32,000 bases of DNA from Candidatus Arthromitus sp. SFB-rat-Yit. GTDB lineage: Bacteria > Bacillota > Clostridia > Clostridiales > Clostridiaceae. The stretch covers positions 270,001 to 302,000 of the forward strand of contig NC_016012.1 of NCBI RefSeq assembly GCF_000283555.1, read 5' to 3'. How positions within the stretch are numbered: the stretch's first letter is position 1; each line of letters begins with the position of its first letter. The position numbers and the translations under genes are program-made. The notes under the pieces were generated by a model. It searched no databases, was not told the DNA's origin, and worked only from the letters and a program-made list of their open reading frames with translations. Positions 10,178 to 19,834 of the stretch are shown here, piece by piece.

Positions 10178-11200
10178 ATGAAGTTTATAGAGCATTCAAA
10201 TTCTGTATATAAAAGCAATAAAAAATTTATAAGCCCCAAACAAAAAAAAATTAGGAGAATTATTCTAGAGCTTAGTATTTTTATTATAATATTAACTATT
10301 TTACTAGGTATTTTAAGTGAGGTTATACAGAGTAATAATCTTATTTCATCATTAAGAAAATCTCATAGGCTTAGTGGATATGGTAAATATAAAGTAGCTT
10401 ACGCAGTATCTGGAAGTGGAGATAATTTAGTGTTATTTGAGTCTGATATAGGAGAAACACTTCTTGAATGGAATCCAATAGTTAGGGAATCTATAAGTGG
10501 TGTCAGAATGCTTTATTATGATAGATTTGGATATGGTGGAAGTGAAAAGTATAAAGAAAAGTTATCGATAGAAACACAGGTGGATATTTTAAATAATCTT
10601 GTGGATAATACGGGATATGATGGTAAACAAATACTTGTTAGCGAAGGATATGGTTCTCTTATACATATGGAATATTTGGATAAATATAAGGATAAAGTAG
10701 GAGGAGTTATATTTATCAATCCCACTATATTTAATTATAGTGGGATTAACGGTTTAAAGAAAATAGAGAATGAATTAGTGAGTTTATACTTTAGGATAAT
10801 TTCGATGCTTAATATTCCGAAATTATTGGATAAAATTTCTTTTCTGAATAACAAATTTATAGATTTATATAGGGAATTGGCTATTTCGAGAAATTTGGAT
10901 AATTATTTAAGTAGAATGATGAGTAGGGATTACTATAATACGATTCATAGTGAATCTAGAATTATGAATAGGTATTTATCAAATGTAGATTTATCTAAAT
11001 TTGGTCAATATGATTTACCTGTAATAGTTGTGGAGTCAGAAAGTAATAGAAATCCTGAATATGAAAATATGCTGAAGAGTCACTTTAGTAATTTAGAGAT
11101 AATATATTTTGAAACAACTGAGAATTTTACATATAATAATTCAGAGTATTTGAGAAATTTAATTAGAAATGTCAATTTAAGATTAATGGAAAATAATTAA
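10178..11200 (+). CDS. Membrane-anchored alpha/beta-hydrolase-fold protein, apparently without a catalytic triad
   Basis: There is an N-terminal TM segment (ILELSIFIIILTILLGIL). The fold pattern is YYDRFGYGGSE (cf. DxRGxGxS) and ILVSEGYGSLIHMEYL...VGGVIFINP (cf. lvGHSmGG...lvli.p). Confidence 0.6.
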   Translation: MKFIEHSNSVYKSNKKFISPKQKKIRRIILELSIFIIILTILLGILSEVIQSNNLISSLRKSHRLSGYGKYKVAYAVSGSGDNLVLFESDIGETLLEWNPIVRESISGVRMLYYDRFGYGGSEKYKEKLSIETQVDILNNLVDNTGYDGKQILVSEGYGSLIHMEYLDKYKDKVGGVIFINPTIFNYSGINGLKKIENELVSLYFRIISMLNIPKLLDKISFLNNKFIDLYRELAISRNLDNYLSRMMSRDYYNTIHSESRIMNRYLSNVDLSKFGQYDLPVIVVESESNRNPEYENMLKSHFSNLEIIYFETTENFTYNNSEYLRNLIRNVNLRLMENN

Positions 11201-11214
11201 AGAGGAGTTAATTT

Positions 11215-12441
11215 ATGGATAATAATTTTGATGAAAGAGAGTATAGTACTTCATCTAAAGATGAAAAAGATACTATTTCTGAAGAAAGTAATGAAATAGT
11301 ATTAAGAAGTAAGGAAACAAGAAAAGATAAACGTAGTTTTAGTTCTAGTTTTGTTATTTGTTTAGTTATTATATGTTTTGTGTGTAGTTCTGTATTTGGG
11401 AGTGCAATTACATTATATTTAGCTCCGAAATTTGCTTTTTTTCAAAAAACGCCACTTTATAGTCAAATAGGAGTAAGCAAGACTCAGTATATTGGTCCTA
11501 CATATTTTTCTGAAGATAAGGATGTATTAAGTGTAACAGAGATTGTAAAGAGAGTTGGTCCAGCAGTAGTGGGTGTTAGTACGAAATCAATTGTTAATAG
11601 AGGATTCTTTGGATTACAACAACAAGAGGGAATAGGATCTGGATTTATTATAAATGAAGAAGGACATATCTTAACAAATTATCATGTTGTTGAAGGAGTT
11701 CAAACTGTAAAAATAATATTTTATGATGGCGTAGAAACAGATGGAAAAGTTATAAATTATGATGAATTAAATGATATTGCTTTGATTAAACTTACAGATC
11801 CAACAGTTATGGTTCCAGCAACAGTTTCACTTGGAAATTCCGATGAATTATTGGTTGGAGAATCTGTTGTTGCTATAGGATCACCACTTGGAAAAGAATT
11901 TATAGGAACAACTACTAAAGGTATAGTAAGTGCACTTGATAGAGATATTACAATTGACGGTAAAACCTTAAAGTTACTTCAAACTGATACAGCAATAAAC
12001 CCAGGAAATAGTGGTGGACCACTTATAAATTCAAGGGGAGAGGTTATAGGGATAAACACAGCAAAATTTGATAATACTGGAACAACAAGTGTTGAAGGAA
12101 TTGGTTTTGCAATACCTATAAATCAAGCTAAACAAAAATTAGATGAATTATCGAAACCTATTTTAAGAATTGGGATTAAAGGTAGAGTTATTGATCAGAG
12201 TATGTCTAATAATTTAAATTTGCCTCAAGGAATATATGTAGTTGAAGTTGAAAGTTTTTCGAATGCAGAGAGAGCTGGTATAAAATCTGGAGATGTTATT
12301 TTAAAATTTGGTGGAAGGGATGTTAAGACATTTGAAGATATAAATAGTGTAAAAGTTAATCATAATGCAGGAGATACTATTAGGGTTGTTGTTTATAGAA
12401 ATGGGGCTAATCAAGATATTGATTTGATATTAAATGAATAG
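11215..12441 (+). CDS. htrA: HtrA/DegP-family serine protease with one PDZ domain, membrane-anchored
   Basis: Triad contexts are LTNYHVV, NDIALIKL and GNSGGPLIN. The C-terminus is PDZ-like (GIYVVEVESFSNAERAGIKSGDVILKFGG). There is an N-terminal TM segment. Confidence 0.93.
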   Translation: MDNNFDEREYSTSSKDEKDTISEESNEIVLRSKETRKDKRSFSSSFVICLVIICFVCSSVFGSAITLYLAPKFAFFQKTPLYSQIGVSKTQYIGPTYFSEDKDVLSVTEIVKRVGPAVVGVSTKSIVNRGFFGLQQQEGIGSGFIINEEGHILTNYHVVEGVQTVKIIFYDGVETDGKVINYDELNDIALIKLTDPTVMVPATVSLGNSDELLVGESVVAIGSPLGKEFIGTTTKGIVSALDRDITIDGKTLKLLQTDTAINPGNSGGPLINSRGEVIGINTAKFDNTGTTSVEGIGFAIPINQAKQKLDELSKPILRIGIKGRVIDQSMSNNLNLPQGIYVVEVESFSNAERAGIKSGDVILKFGGRDVKTFEDINSVKVNHNAGDTIRVVVYRNGANQDIDLILNE

Positions 12442-12472
12442 AAAAGGCATAGTACATTTGTACTATGCTTTT
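12442..12472. terminator. Bidirectional terminator between htrA and the convergent ABC-F gene
   Basis: Stem GCATAGTA / TACTATGC, flanked by AAAA upstream and TTTT downstream. Confidence 0.75.
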
Positions 12473-12480
12473 AAATTTTT

Positions 12481-14385
12481 TTAAATTAAGTTTTCCCACT
12501 CTTCATAAAGAGATGATAATATTTGTTTAAGAGAATTTATTTCCTTATTTATTTCGTTTAATTTTTCATAATTTGAGTAGATTTCTTTAAGAGTTAGCTT
12601 TTCTTGAAGAAATGAAATTTTTTCCTCAGTTTTATTGATTTCACTTTCGACTTTGAAGATTTTTCTTGTTATATCTTTTCCTTTTTTACTCTTTTCATGA
12701 ACTCGATTCTTATTTTTTGATTTTGTTTTACCGTATCTTGAATTAATAGTTTCTTCTATTAGTTTTAGGGAATCTTCCTTACTCAATAAATTTTGTTTTG
12801 ATATATAATAATCGTAATTTCCTAAGTATTCTATTAAGGAATTATTTTTAAATTCATATATTATGCTAGCAACTTTATTTAAGAAATATCTATCATGGGA
12901 TATGATAAGACATGTTCCTTCAAAATTAATTATAGCATCTTCTAATATTTCTCTTGTATATATATCTAAATGATTTGTTGGCTCATCCATAAATAACACA
13001 TTCGATTTAGATAATATTATTTTTAAAAGACTTAATCTACATTTTTCTCCCCCACTTAAAAGAGAAATTTCTTTATGTATGTCGTCATCTTTAAATAAAA
13101 AATTTGATAAATGGCGTCTTATAACTTGTGTTGTTATATTAGGGAATGAATCTCTAATTTCTTCAAATATAGTCTTATTTTTATTTAAATCCGATTGTTC
13201 TTGATCATAATATGTAATGTTTAGTCCACTCCCATAAATTATTTCTCCAGAAGTTTGATGTATTTTTTTGCATAGTATTTTAAAGAAAGTGGATTTACCT
13301 ATTCCATTTTCTCCTATGAATGCTATTTTTTGATTTTTTGTAACACATAAATTTATATTTTCAAATAGTTTTCGATCATCATAATATTTTGTTAAATTTT
13401 TTACTAGTAAAATATCATTTCCTGTTTTTTCAGATAATTCAAATTCTATATTCTTTATTTTATTCGATAGTTCAGGTTTATCAATTAAACTGATTTTATT
13501 TAATCTTTTTTCACGGCTATCAGCTGCTTTAATTCTTTTTTTACTATAACATGCCCTATAGTTTTTAATAATTTCAAGTTCTTTATTAATAAATTTTTGT
13601 TGAAGATTATATTTGTTTATTAAATTTTCTATATGTATTTTTTTTAGATTTATAAATTTTGTGTAGTTTGAGTTAAATGTAAGTATTTGTTTATTTTCAA
13701 GCTCAAAAATATGAGTAACTATTTTATCAAGGAAGTATCTATCATGTGATACTACTATAATTGTACCTTTATAATTTTTTAAATAATTTTCAAACCATTC
13801 GATAGAGTCGAGATCTAGGTGATTTGTCGGCTCATCAAGAAGAAGTATATCTGGCTTTTTTAATAACAATTTAGCTAAATCAAGTCTTTTCTTTTCACCG
13901 CCGCTTAAATGTTTGGATGATTCATGCATTCTTTGATTATCAAATTTTAAATAATTGAGAATTTTTATTGTTTCAGTTTTGTATGTATATCCACCACTAT
14001 TATTAAATTTATTCATCAAATCTGTATATTCAATTATTAAATCCTCATTTTGATTATTTTCAAGCATTGACTCTAAATTTTTTAATCTGTTTTCCATTTT
14101 TATAAGGTTATCAAATACATTTAAAGCATTTTCATATATGGACAAATTGGGATTTAAGTTAGAGTTTTGATTTAAATATCCAATAGTTTTATTTTTATTT
14201 ATAAATATTTCACCAGAATCATAAGGTATTTCTTTTGTTAGTATTTTTAATAGTGTTGATTTACCACCACCATTTTGCCCAATTAATCCAATTTTATCAC
14301 CTTCATTGATATTGAATGAAATATCTGAGAGTATTTTCTTAATACCATAACTTTTATAAATGTTTTTAAAGCTTATTATAAGCAT
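12481..14385 (-). CDS. ABC-F family ATPase (two ABC domains, no TM, C-terminal coiled coil; Uup/YfmR-like)
   Basis: Walker A GQNGGGKST and GENGIGKST; signatures LSGGEKKRL and LSGGEKCRL; Walker B LLLDEPTNHLD and LFMDEPTNHLD. There is an inter-domain linker and a heptad-rich tail. RBS AGGTGA. Confidence 0.93.
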   Translation of the reverse strand: MLIISFKNIYKSYGIKKILSDISFNINEGDKIGLIGQNGGGKSTLLKILTKEIPYDSGEIFINKNKTIGYLNQNSNLNPNLSIYENALNVFDNLIKMENRLKNLESMLENNQNEDLIIEYTDLMNKFNNSGGYTYKTETIKILNYLKFDNQRMHESSKHLSGGEKKRLDLAKLLLKKPDILLLDEPTNHLDLDSIEWFENYLKNYKGTIIVVSHDRYFLDKIVTHIFELENKQILTFNSNYTKFINLKKIHIENLINKYNLQQKFINKELEIIKNYRACYSKKRIKAADSREKRLNKISLIDKPELSNKIKNIEFELSEKTGNDILLVKNLTKYYDDRKLFENINLCVTKNQKIAFIGENGIGKSTFFKILCKKIHQTSGEIIYGSGLNITYYDQEQSDLNKNKTIFEEIRDSFPNITTQVIRRHLSNFLFKDDDIHKEISLLSGGEKCRLSLLKIILSKSNVLFMDEPTNHLDIYTREILEDAIINFEGTCLIISHDRYFLNKVASIIYEFKNNSLIEYLGNYDYYISKQNLLSKEDSLKLIEETINSRYGKTKSKNKNRVHEKSKKGKDITRKIFKVESEINKTEEKISFLQEKLTLKEIYSNYEKLNEINKEINSLKQILSSLYEEWENLI

Positions 14386-14561
14386 GGTTTCACCTACAAT
14401 TATATAAATTTTAGCAAACTAGATTATAATAAATTTATATATAATTTAAAATATACATTGCTTAAAAATTATATTATCTGTTATTATATCTCTATAGTAA
14501 TGTTTAATTATATCAGTAAAAGTATTTATATGCAATTTTGATGAAAGGGTAGTGTAGATTT

Positions 14562-15230
14562 ATGCTAGATAAAATAAAAGGAGGACTTGTAATATCTTGT
14601 CAGGCTTTACCAGATGAGCCGTTGCATAGTCCGTTTATTATGGGGAGAATGGCACTTGCAGCAAAAGAAGCAGGGGCAATAGGTATACGAGCACAGGGAG
14701 TTTCTGACATAATAGAGATTAAAAGAGTAACTGATTTACCTGTAATTGGAATTATAAAAAGGGATTATGAAGGTTCGGAAGTGTATATAACTCCTACAAT
14801 GAAAGAGGTTAATGAACTTTTAAGTTCTGGATGTGATATGATAGCATTAGATGCAACAAATAGAGTAAGACCTAATTGTGAAAAACTTAAAGATTTAATT
14901 TTAAGTATTAAAAGAGAAAATATTTTAGTTATGGCTGATATTTCAAATTATGAGGAAGGAGTTATGGCTGAGGAGCTTGGATGTGATTGTGTATCTACAA
15001 CATTATCTGGATATACATCGTATACACAAAGAGAAGATGAACCAGATTTAGAATTAATGAAAAAACTTGTTAGAGATTTGAAAATACCAGTAATTGCTGA
15101 AGGAAGGATAAATACCCCGGAAGATTTAAAAAGTGTGTATGATATAGGGATACATTCAGCTGTGGTTGGATCAGCAATAACAAGACCGCAACTAATAGCT
15201 AAAAGATTCATTGATGTTATAAATAAGTGA
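14562..15230 (+). CDS. nanE: N-acetylmannosamine-6-phosphate 2-epimerase
   Basis: It is near-colinear with clostridial NanE as I recall it: GGLVISCQALPDEPLH, IRAQG, PVIGIIKRDY (Lys66), ALDAT, MADIS, STTLSGYT, IAEGRINTPE, VVGSAITRPQ. Confidence 0.95.
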   Translation: MLDKIKGGLVISCQALPDEPLHSPFIMGRMALAAKEAGAIGIRAQGVSDIIEIKRVTDLPVIGIIKRDYEGSEVYITPTMKEVNELLSSGCDMIALDATNRVRPNCEKLKDLILSIKRENILVMADISNYEEGVMAEELGCDCVSTTLSGYTSYTQREDEPDLELMKKLVRDLKIPVIAEGRINTPEDLKSVYDIGIHSAVVGSAITRPQLIAKRFIDVINK

Positions 15231-15304
15231 ATCTGATAAATTTAGTGTTATATTTTATTGTTTTATTATTATTTGAAAACGTTTTATTAAGTGAGGTTTT
15301 ATTT

Positions 15305-16171
15305 ATGAAAGGTATTTATTCAGCTCTTTTAACTTCTTTTGATAAAGAAGGAAATATTAATGAGAAGGGTATAAGGGAACTTGTTAGGCACAATATAGAT
15401 TGTGTTAAGGTTGATGGTATTTATGTTAATGGTAGCACTGGAGAGAACTTCATGTTATCAACAGAAGAGAAGAAGAAGATATTTCAAATTGTAAAAGATG
15501 AGGCTGATGGTAAGATTAAATTGATTGCCCAAATTGGTTCTATAAATTTAAAAGAGAGTATTGAGCTTGGAAATTATGCAACAGAATTAGGATATGACTC
15601 ATTAAGTGCCGTAACACCATTTTATTACAAATTTACATTTGAAGAGATAAAAGATTATTATAACACTATAATAAAAGAAACTCAAAATAACATGATAATA
15701 TATTCTATACCATATTTAACAGGAGTTGATATGGGACTTGATAATTTTGGGGAGCTTTTTAAAAATCCTAAAATAATAGGAGTTAAGTTTACAAATCCAG
15801 ATTTTTATTTACTTGAGAGGATTATATATACATTTCCAGATAAATTAGTTTATTCGGGATTTGATGAAATGCTTCTACCTGCTGCAGTAGTTGGAGTAGA
15901 TGGAGCAATAGGATCAACATTTAATGTAAATGGAAGAAGAGCTAAGGAAATATTTGATTTAGTTAGTAAAGGAAAATTAAAAGAGGCAAGGGAATTACAA
16001 AGTATTACAAATAATTTAATTACAGAAATTTTAAACAACGGATTATATCAAACAATTAAATTAATATTAGAAGAGTTTGGTGTAAATGCTGGTTATTGCA
16101 AGAGACCTTTTAGAGAGTCAACTGATGAAATGAAGAAAAATGCGAAAGAAATATTTAATAAGTATTTTTAA
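15305..16171 (+). CDS. nanA: N-acetylneuraminate lyase
   Basis: MKGIYSALLTSFDKEG..., GIYVNGSTGE, and YSIP...GVKFT (Schiff-base Lys context) mark the DHDPS/NAL family. The ATG at 15305 gives the usual ~288 aa. The track's 26-aa upstream extension has no RBS and starts inside the nanE stop region. Confidence 0.92.
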   Translation: MKGIYSALLTSFDKEGNINEKGIRELVRHNIDCVKVDGIYVNGSTGENFMLSTEEKKKIFQIVKDEADGKIKLIAQIGSINLKESIELGNYATELGYDSLSAVTPFYYKFTFEEIKDYYNTIIKETQNNMIIYSIPYLTGVDMGLDNFGELFKNPKIIGVKFTNPDFYLLERIIYTFPDKLVYSGFDEMLLPAAVVGVDGAIGSTFNVNGRRAKEIFDLVSKGKLKEARELQSITNNLITEILNNGLYQTIKLILEEFGVNAGYCKRPFRESTDEMKKNAKEIFNKYF

Positions 16172-16192
16172 TTATGAGGAATTGGATTAATT

Positions 16193-17650
16193 ATGGGATT
16201 TAGTTTAATAGATTTTGGAGTGCTAATTGTTTATCTTATAATAGTTCTATTTATTGGTCTTTACTTTTCAAAAAAAGATATGAATGGTAAGGAATTTTTT
16301 AAAGGGGATGGCACAATACCTTGGTGGGTTACATCAGTATCAATATTTGCAACACTTTTAAGCCCTATATCATTTTTATCATTAGTTGGTAATTCCTATA
16401 ATGGGACATGGATCTTATGGTTTGCACAACTTGGGGTATTTATAGCAATACCACTTACAATAAGACTATTTTTGCCAGTATTTAGTAGGCTCAATATAGA
16501 TACGGCATATCATTATTTAGAGATAAGATATAAAAGTAAGGGATTACGTGTTATAGGGGCTGTTATATTTATTATTTATCAAATAGGTAGAATGTCTATA
16601 ATAATGTACTTACCATCGATAGTTTTATCAAGATTATCTAACATAAATGTAAACATATTCATAATACTTATGGGAGTTATTGCAATTATATATTCATATT
16701 CTGGAGGTATAAAATCTGTTTTATGGACTGATTTTATACAGGGGGTAATTTTAATTTTAGGAGTTATTGGAACATTTATATTTATATTATTTAAACTAGA
16801 AGGTGGTTTTGGTGATATAGCAGGTGTGCTATTTAATGAACAAAAGTTTATATCAAGTAGTGATGTGTTGTTTGACCCAAATTTGCTTAAAACTAGTGTA
16901 TTTATGCTTATTGTTGGAGGAGGATTAAATACATTTTCTTCATATATATCTAGTCAAGATGTTGTTCAAAGATTTACAACAACAACGGATATAAAAAAAT
17001 TGAAGAAAATGACGTATGCAAATGGAATATTATCTATTGCTGCGGCTACTATATTTTATTTAATAGGTACGGCGTTATTTGTATTTTATAGACAAAATCC
17101 AAGTCTTTTGGTAGATACTGCTCAAGATCAAATTTATGCCTCATTCATAGCTTATCAATTACCAGTAGGTATAACAGGATTGTTATTAGCTGCTATATAT
17201 GCTGCATCTCAATCTACTTTATCTACAGGATTAAATTCAGTTGCAACAAGTTGGACACTTGATATACAAAATTATATAACTAAAGGGCTGAGTTTTAAAA
17301 CTCAAACTAAAATTGCTCAATTAGTTTCATTGGTTGTTGGTGTTGTATCTGTAATTGTTGCTATGATTCTTGCGACAAGTGAAATTAATTCGGCGTATGA
17401 GTGGTTTAATGGATTTGTTGGTGCAGTTCTTGGAGTTTTGGCAGGAATATTTGTACTTGGAATTGCGTGCAAAAATGCAACAAAATTATCTGCATATATA
17501 GGATTTATTACAGCTACGATAATCGTACTTTCACTTAAATATATGAATTTAAATATTGATGTTTCTATATGGTCATATTCGCTTATAAGTATAGTTGTTA
17601 CAGTTGTAGTTGGATATATAGTTAGTTTATTTTGTCGTAAAAATAAATAA
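16193..17650 (+). CDS. nanT: Sodium:solute symporter (SSS) family transporter, putative sialic acid transporter
   Basis: 485 aa and polytopic (about 13 hydrophobic segments). The SSS-type N-terminus is YLIIVLFIGLYFSKK...EFF.G...IPWW. It lies between nanA and a ROK kinase. The gene symbol follows clostridial usage and the substrate is inferred. Confidence 0.8.
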   Translation: MGFSLIDFGVLIVYLIIVLFIGLYFSKKDMNGKEFFKGDGTIPWWVTSVSIFATLLSPISFLSLVGNSYNGTWILWFAQLGVFIAIPLTIRLFLPVFSRLNIDTAYHYLEIRYKSKGLRVIGAVIFIIYQIGRMSIIMYLPSIVLSRLSNINVNIFIILMGVIAIIYSYSGGIKSVLWTDFIQGVILILGVIGTFIFILFKLEGGFGDIAGVLFNEQKFISSSDVLFDPNLLKTSVFMLIVGGGLNTFSSYISSQDVVQRFTTTTDIKKLKKMTYANGILSIAAATIFYLIGTALFVFYRQNPSLLVDTAQDQIYASFIAYQLPVGITGLLLAAIYAASQSTLSTGLNSVATSWTLDIQNYITKGLSFKTQTKIAQLVSLVVGVVSVIVAMILATSEINSAYEWFNGFVGAVLGVLAGIFVLGIACKNATKLSAYIGFITATIIVLSLKYMNLNIDVSIWSYSLISIVVTVVVGYIVSLFCRKNK

Positions 17651-17662
17651 AAATAAAATTTT

Positions 17663-17700
17663 ATGGATATTCTCTTGATATTAGAATATCCATTTTATTA
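17663..17700 (+). terminator. Rho-independent terminator after the transporter gene
   Basis: Perfect 11-bp stem ATGGATATTCT / AGAATATCCAT with a 9-nt loop, followed by TTTTATTATTT. Confidence 0.8.
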
Positions 17701-17759
17701 TTTACTAAAAAATTTTTAGAGAGTATACTAAAAAATAATTAAATTGGAGGTAATTAGTT

Positions 17760-18698
17760 ATGGAATTGAGGTATTGTTTATCATTTGATATAGGGGGAAC
17801 TTTTATAAAGTATGCTATTATTGATAATAAAGGAATGATTTATAAAAAAGATAAAATTAATACTCCATCATATCCAGCGAAAGAAACTATACCAAATACG
17901 CTTATAGATATATTTAATAAATTAAAATCAGAATTTAATATTGATTGTATAGGAGTATCTACAGCAGGGCAAGTTGATGTTGATAAATGTGAAATAAAGT
18001 ATGCAACAAATAGTATACCAGGGTATATTGGTACGAATTTTAGAGAGTGTATAGGAAAGAGATTTAATATACCTGTATTTGCTGACAATGATGTTAATTC
18101 AGCAGCTATTGGTGAAATGTGGCTTGGAAATGGTAGAGGAGTTAAAAATTTTTTATGTATGACTTTAGGAACAGGAGTTGGAGGGGCTATTATAATAGAT
18201 AATAAGTTACATCGTGGTAATAATTATTCGGCAGGTGAGATTGGACATTTTATTATCTTTCCTAATGGATATAAGTGTAGTTGTGGATTAAATGGATGTT
18301 ATGAGAGATATGCATCTACATCAGCATTAATTAGAATTTATAAAGAAGAATTGATTAAAAATAATTTACCATGTAATGATACTTATACAGGAGAATACAT
18401 AGTTGATTTATATTATAAGGGAGATAGTATAGCAAGTTTGGTATATGATAAATTTTTGGATTATATATCGTATGGTATATCAAATTTAATTCGTATTTTA
18501 GATATTGGTCTTGTATTAATTGGTGGAGGTATATCGGAACAAGGAGATCCATTTTTTAGTGAAATAAATAAAAGATTTAAAAAATATGTAATTGATGTGT
18601 ATAAAGATGGTACTATAATAAAGCAAGCTGCACTCAAAAATGATGCTGGTGTTATTGGTGCGGCATATAATTCATTTTTGTATATAAATGCATTATAA
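17760..18698 (+). CDS. nanK: ROK-family sugar kinase, putative N-acetylmannosamine kinase
   Basis: FDIGGT (ATP site), DNDVNSAAIGE, GTGVGGAII, GEIGH, and the zinc motif CSCGLNGCYE. The nan context supports the call. Confidence 0.85.
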   Translation: MELRYCLSFDIGGTFIKYAIIDNKGMIYKKDKINTPSYPAKETIPNTLIDIFNKLKSEFNIDCIGVSTAGQVDVDKCEIKYATNSIPGYIGTNFRECIGKRFNIPVFADNDVNSAAIGEMWLGNGRGVKNFLCMTLGTGVGGAIIIDNKLHRGNNYSAGEIGHFIIFPNGYKCSCGLNGCYERYASTSALIRIYKEELIKNNLPCNDTYTGEYIVDLYYKGDSIASLVYDKFLDYISYGISNLIRILDIGLVLIGGGISEQGDPFFSEINKRFKKYVIDVYKDGTIIKQAALKNDAGVIGAAYNSFLYINAL

Positions 18699-18722
18699 TT
18701 TTTAAAATTTTGGAGGTATGAT

Positions 18723-19274
18723 GTGGAAATTTTATTTATTCCAGTAGCATTAGCTTTAGATGCTTTCGGAGTAGCATTAAGTTTGGGATTTTCAAATAAA
18801 CACAAGTTTAAGCAACTTATATTATTTTGTTTGAGTTTTGGATTCTTTCAGTTTTTATTTTCATTTTTAGGTGGAATTTTTGGAGATGTAATAAATTCAT
18901 ATGTTTTAACTATTCCAAAAGTATTTGGAGGAATTGTTATCTTAATTGTAGGTATATTGATGTTTAAAGAGGCTTTGGGACATTGTGATGAGGATAATTA
19001 TGAGGATAAAAAATTATTTAATAATTTGTATATTACTCTTGGTATATCTGTTAGTATAGATGCGTTAGTTGTAGGGTTTACAGCATACAATTTGCATAAT
19101 TTAAAATTAATATTTTTAAACACACTTTTAGTTGGAGTTGTAACATTAATTTTATCATTATTTGCAGTATTTTTATCTGCTCATTTAAAGAGAATAAGAA
19201 TTATAACAAAATACGCAGATTTTTTAGGGGGAGTTTTGCTTATACTATTTGGCTTGAAAATGATTTTTTTCTAG
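18723..19274 (+). CDS. mntP: MntP/YtaF-family (DUF204 repeat) membrane protein, putative Mn2+ efflux pump
   Basis: Two DUF204-like repeats are present (ALALDAFGVALSLG and SVSIDALVVGFT) with about 6 TM segments. The GTG start at 18723 lies 6 nt after GGAGG. A sporulation YtaF-type function cannot be excluded. Confidence 0.7.
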   Translation: MEILFIPVALALDAFGVALSLGFSNKHKFKQLILFCLSFGFFQFLFSFLGGIFGDVINSYVLTIPKVFGGIVILIVGILMFKEALGHCDEDNYEDKKLFNNLYITLGISVSIDALVVGFTAYNLHNLKLIFLNTLLVGVVTLILSLFAVFLSAHLKRIRIITKYADFLGGVLLILFGLKMIFF

Positions 19275-19343
19275 ATTTATAATATATCCAATATAAAAGT
19301 AATTGAGTACATAATTAAGAGTATGGAGTAAAATTGAATAAAA

Positions 19344-19352
19344 TGGTATAAT
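19344..19352 (+). promoter_or_regulatory. Candidate extended -10 element (TGgTATAAT) upstream of zur
   Basis: TGGTATAAT is read at 19344-19352, ~63 nt upstream of the ATG at 19415. The -35 is poor. Confidence 0.35.
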
Positions 19353-19414
19353 TTATGAAATGACTAGCAATAGTTTTGAGTTAGCTAAGTTTAATGATCC
19401 AGAGGTAGTTGTTT

Positions 19415-19834
19415 ATGGAATATATAGATATTTTAAATAGGGTAGGATTAAAAGTAACAAAACCTAGGAGTATTGTTTTAAATATATTTAAGAGTACTGA
19501 TAAAATTTTGAATGTATCTGAAATTTATGATGTGTGTAAAGATAAAGGGTTTACCATAAATTTATCTACTATATATAGAACATGTGAAAAATTTTCACAA
19601 AAAAAAATTATTGATAAAGTTATTGGAAATGATAGAGTAAGTGGATATAAACTTTCTACAATATCTCATGTTCATGAGATTAAGTGTAATTTTTGTAATA
19701 AAGTTGTTCACATAAATTGTCCTTTTAATGTTTTGATACAACACATAGAAGATGATACAGGATTTACTTTGACGAAGCATAATATAGAGATAGCTGGTAT
19801 ATGTAATGAATGCAAAAAAAACAAGAACTATTAA
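19415..19834 (+). CDS. zur: Fur-family metalloregulator, probable zinc uptake regulator
   Basis: The N-terminal winged helix has GLKVTKPR. Metal sites are HVHEIKCNFCNKV and GICNECKK. It sits next to a zinc-type ABC importer. The ATG at 19415 is preceded by AGAGG. Confidence 0.8.
   Translation: MEYIDILNRVGLKVTKPRSIVLNIFKSTDKILNVSEIYDVCKDKGFTINLSTIYRTCEKFSQKKIIDKVIGNDRVSGYKLSTISHVHEIKCNFCNKVVHINCPFNVLIQHIEDDTGFTLTKHNIEIAGICNECKKNKNY

Noticed and set aside
14386-14561. The ABC-F gene might have a leader peptide or attenuator, as in antibiotic-resistance ARE ABC-F genes.
   Set aside because: The minus-strand upstream region shows no short RBS-preceded ORF and no alternative hairpins. The protein's length and C-terminal coiled coil fit housekeeping Uup/YfmR-type ABC-F proteins better.
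15227-15304. A hydrophobic 26-aa N-terminal extension of NanA looks like a signal peptide or TM segment.
   Set aside because: It starts at a GTG overlapping the nanE stop and has no RBS. NanA is a cytoplasmic enzyme of about 290 aa. The ATG at 15305 gives the canonical MKGIYSAL start.
18699-18722. A yybP-ykoY Mn riboswitch would be expected upstream of an MntP-family gene.
   Set aside because: Only 24 nt separate the nanK stop from the start codon, which leaves no room for a ~100-nt riboswitch.
19380-19398. A perfect 8-bp palindrome TTAGCTAA upstream of zur could be an autoregulatory operator.
   Set aside because: It is too short, is expected by chance in AT-rich DNA, and has no resemblance to Fur-family boxes.
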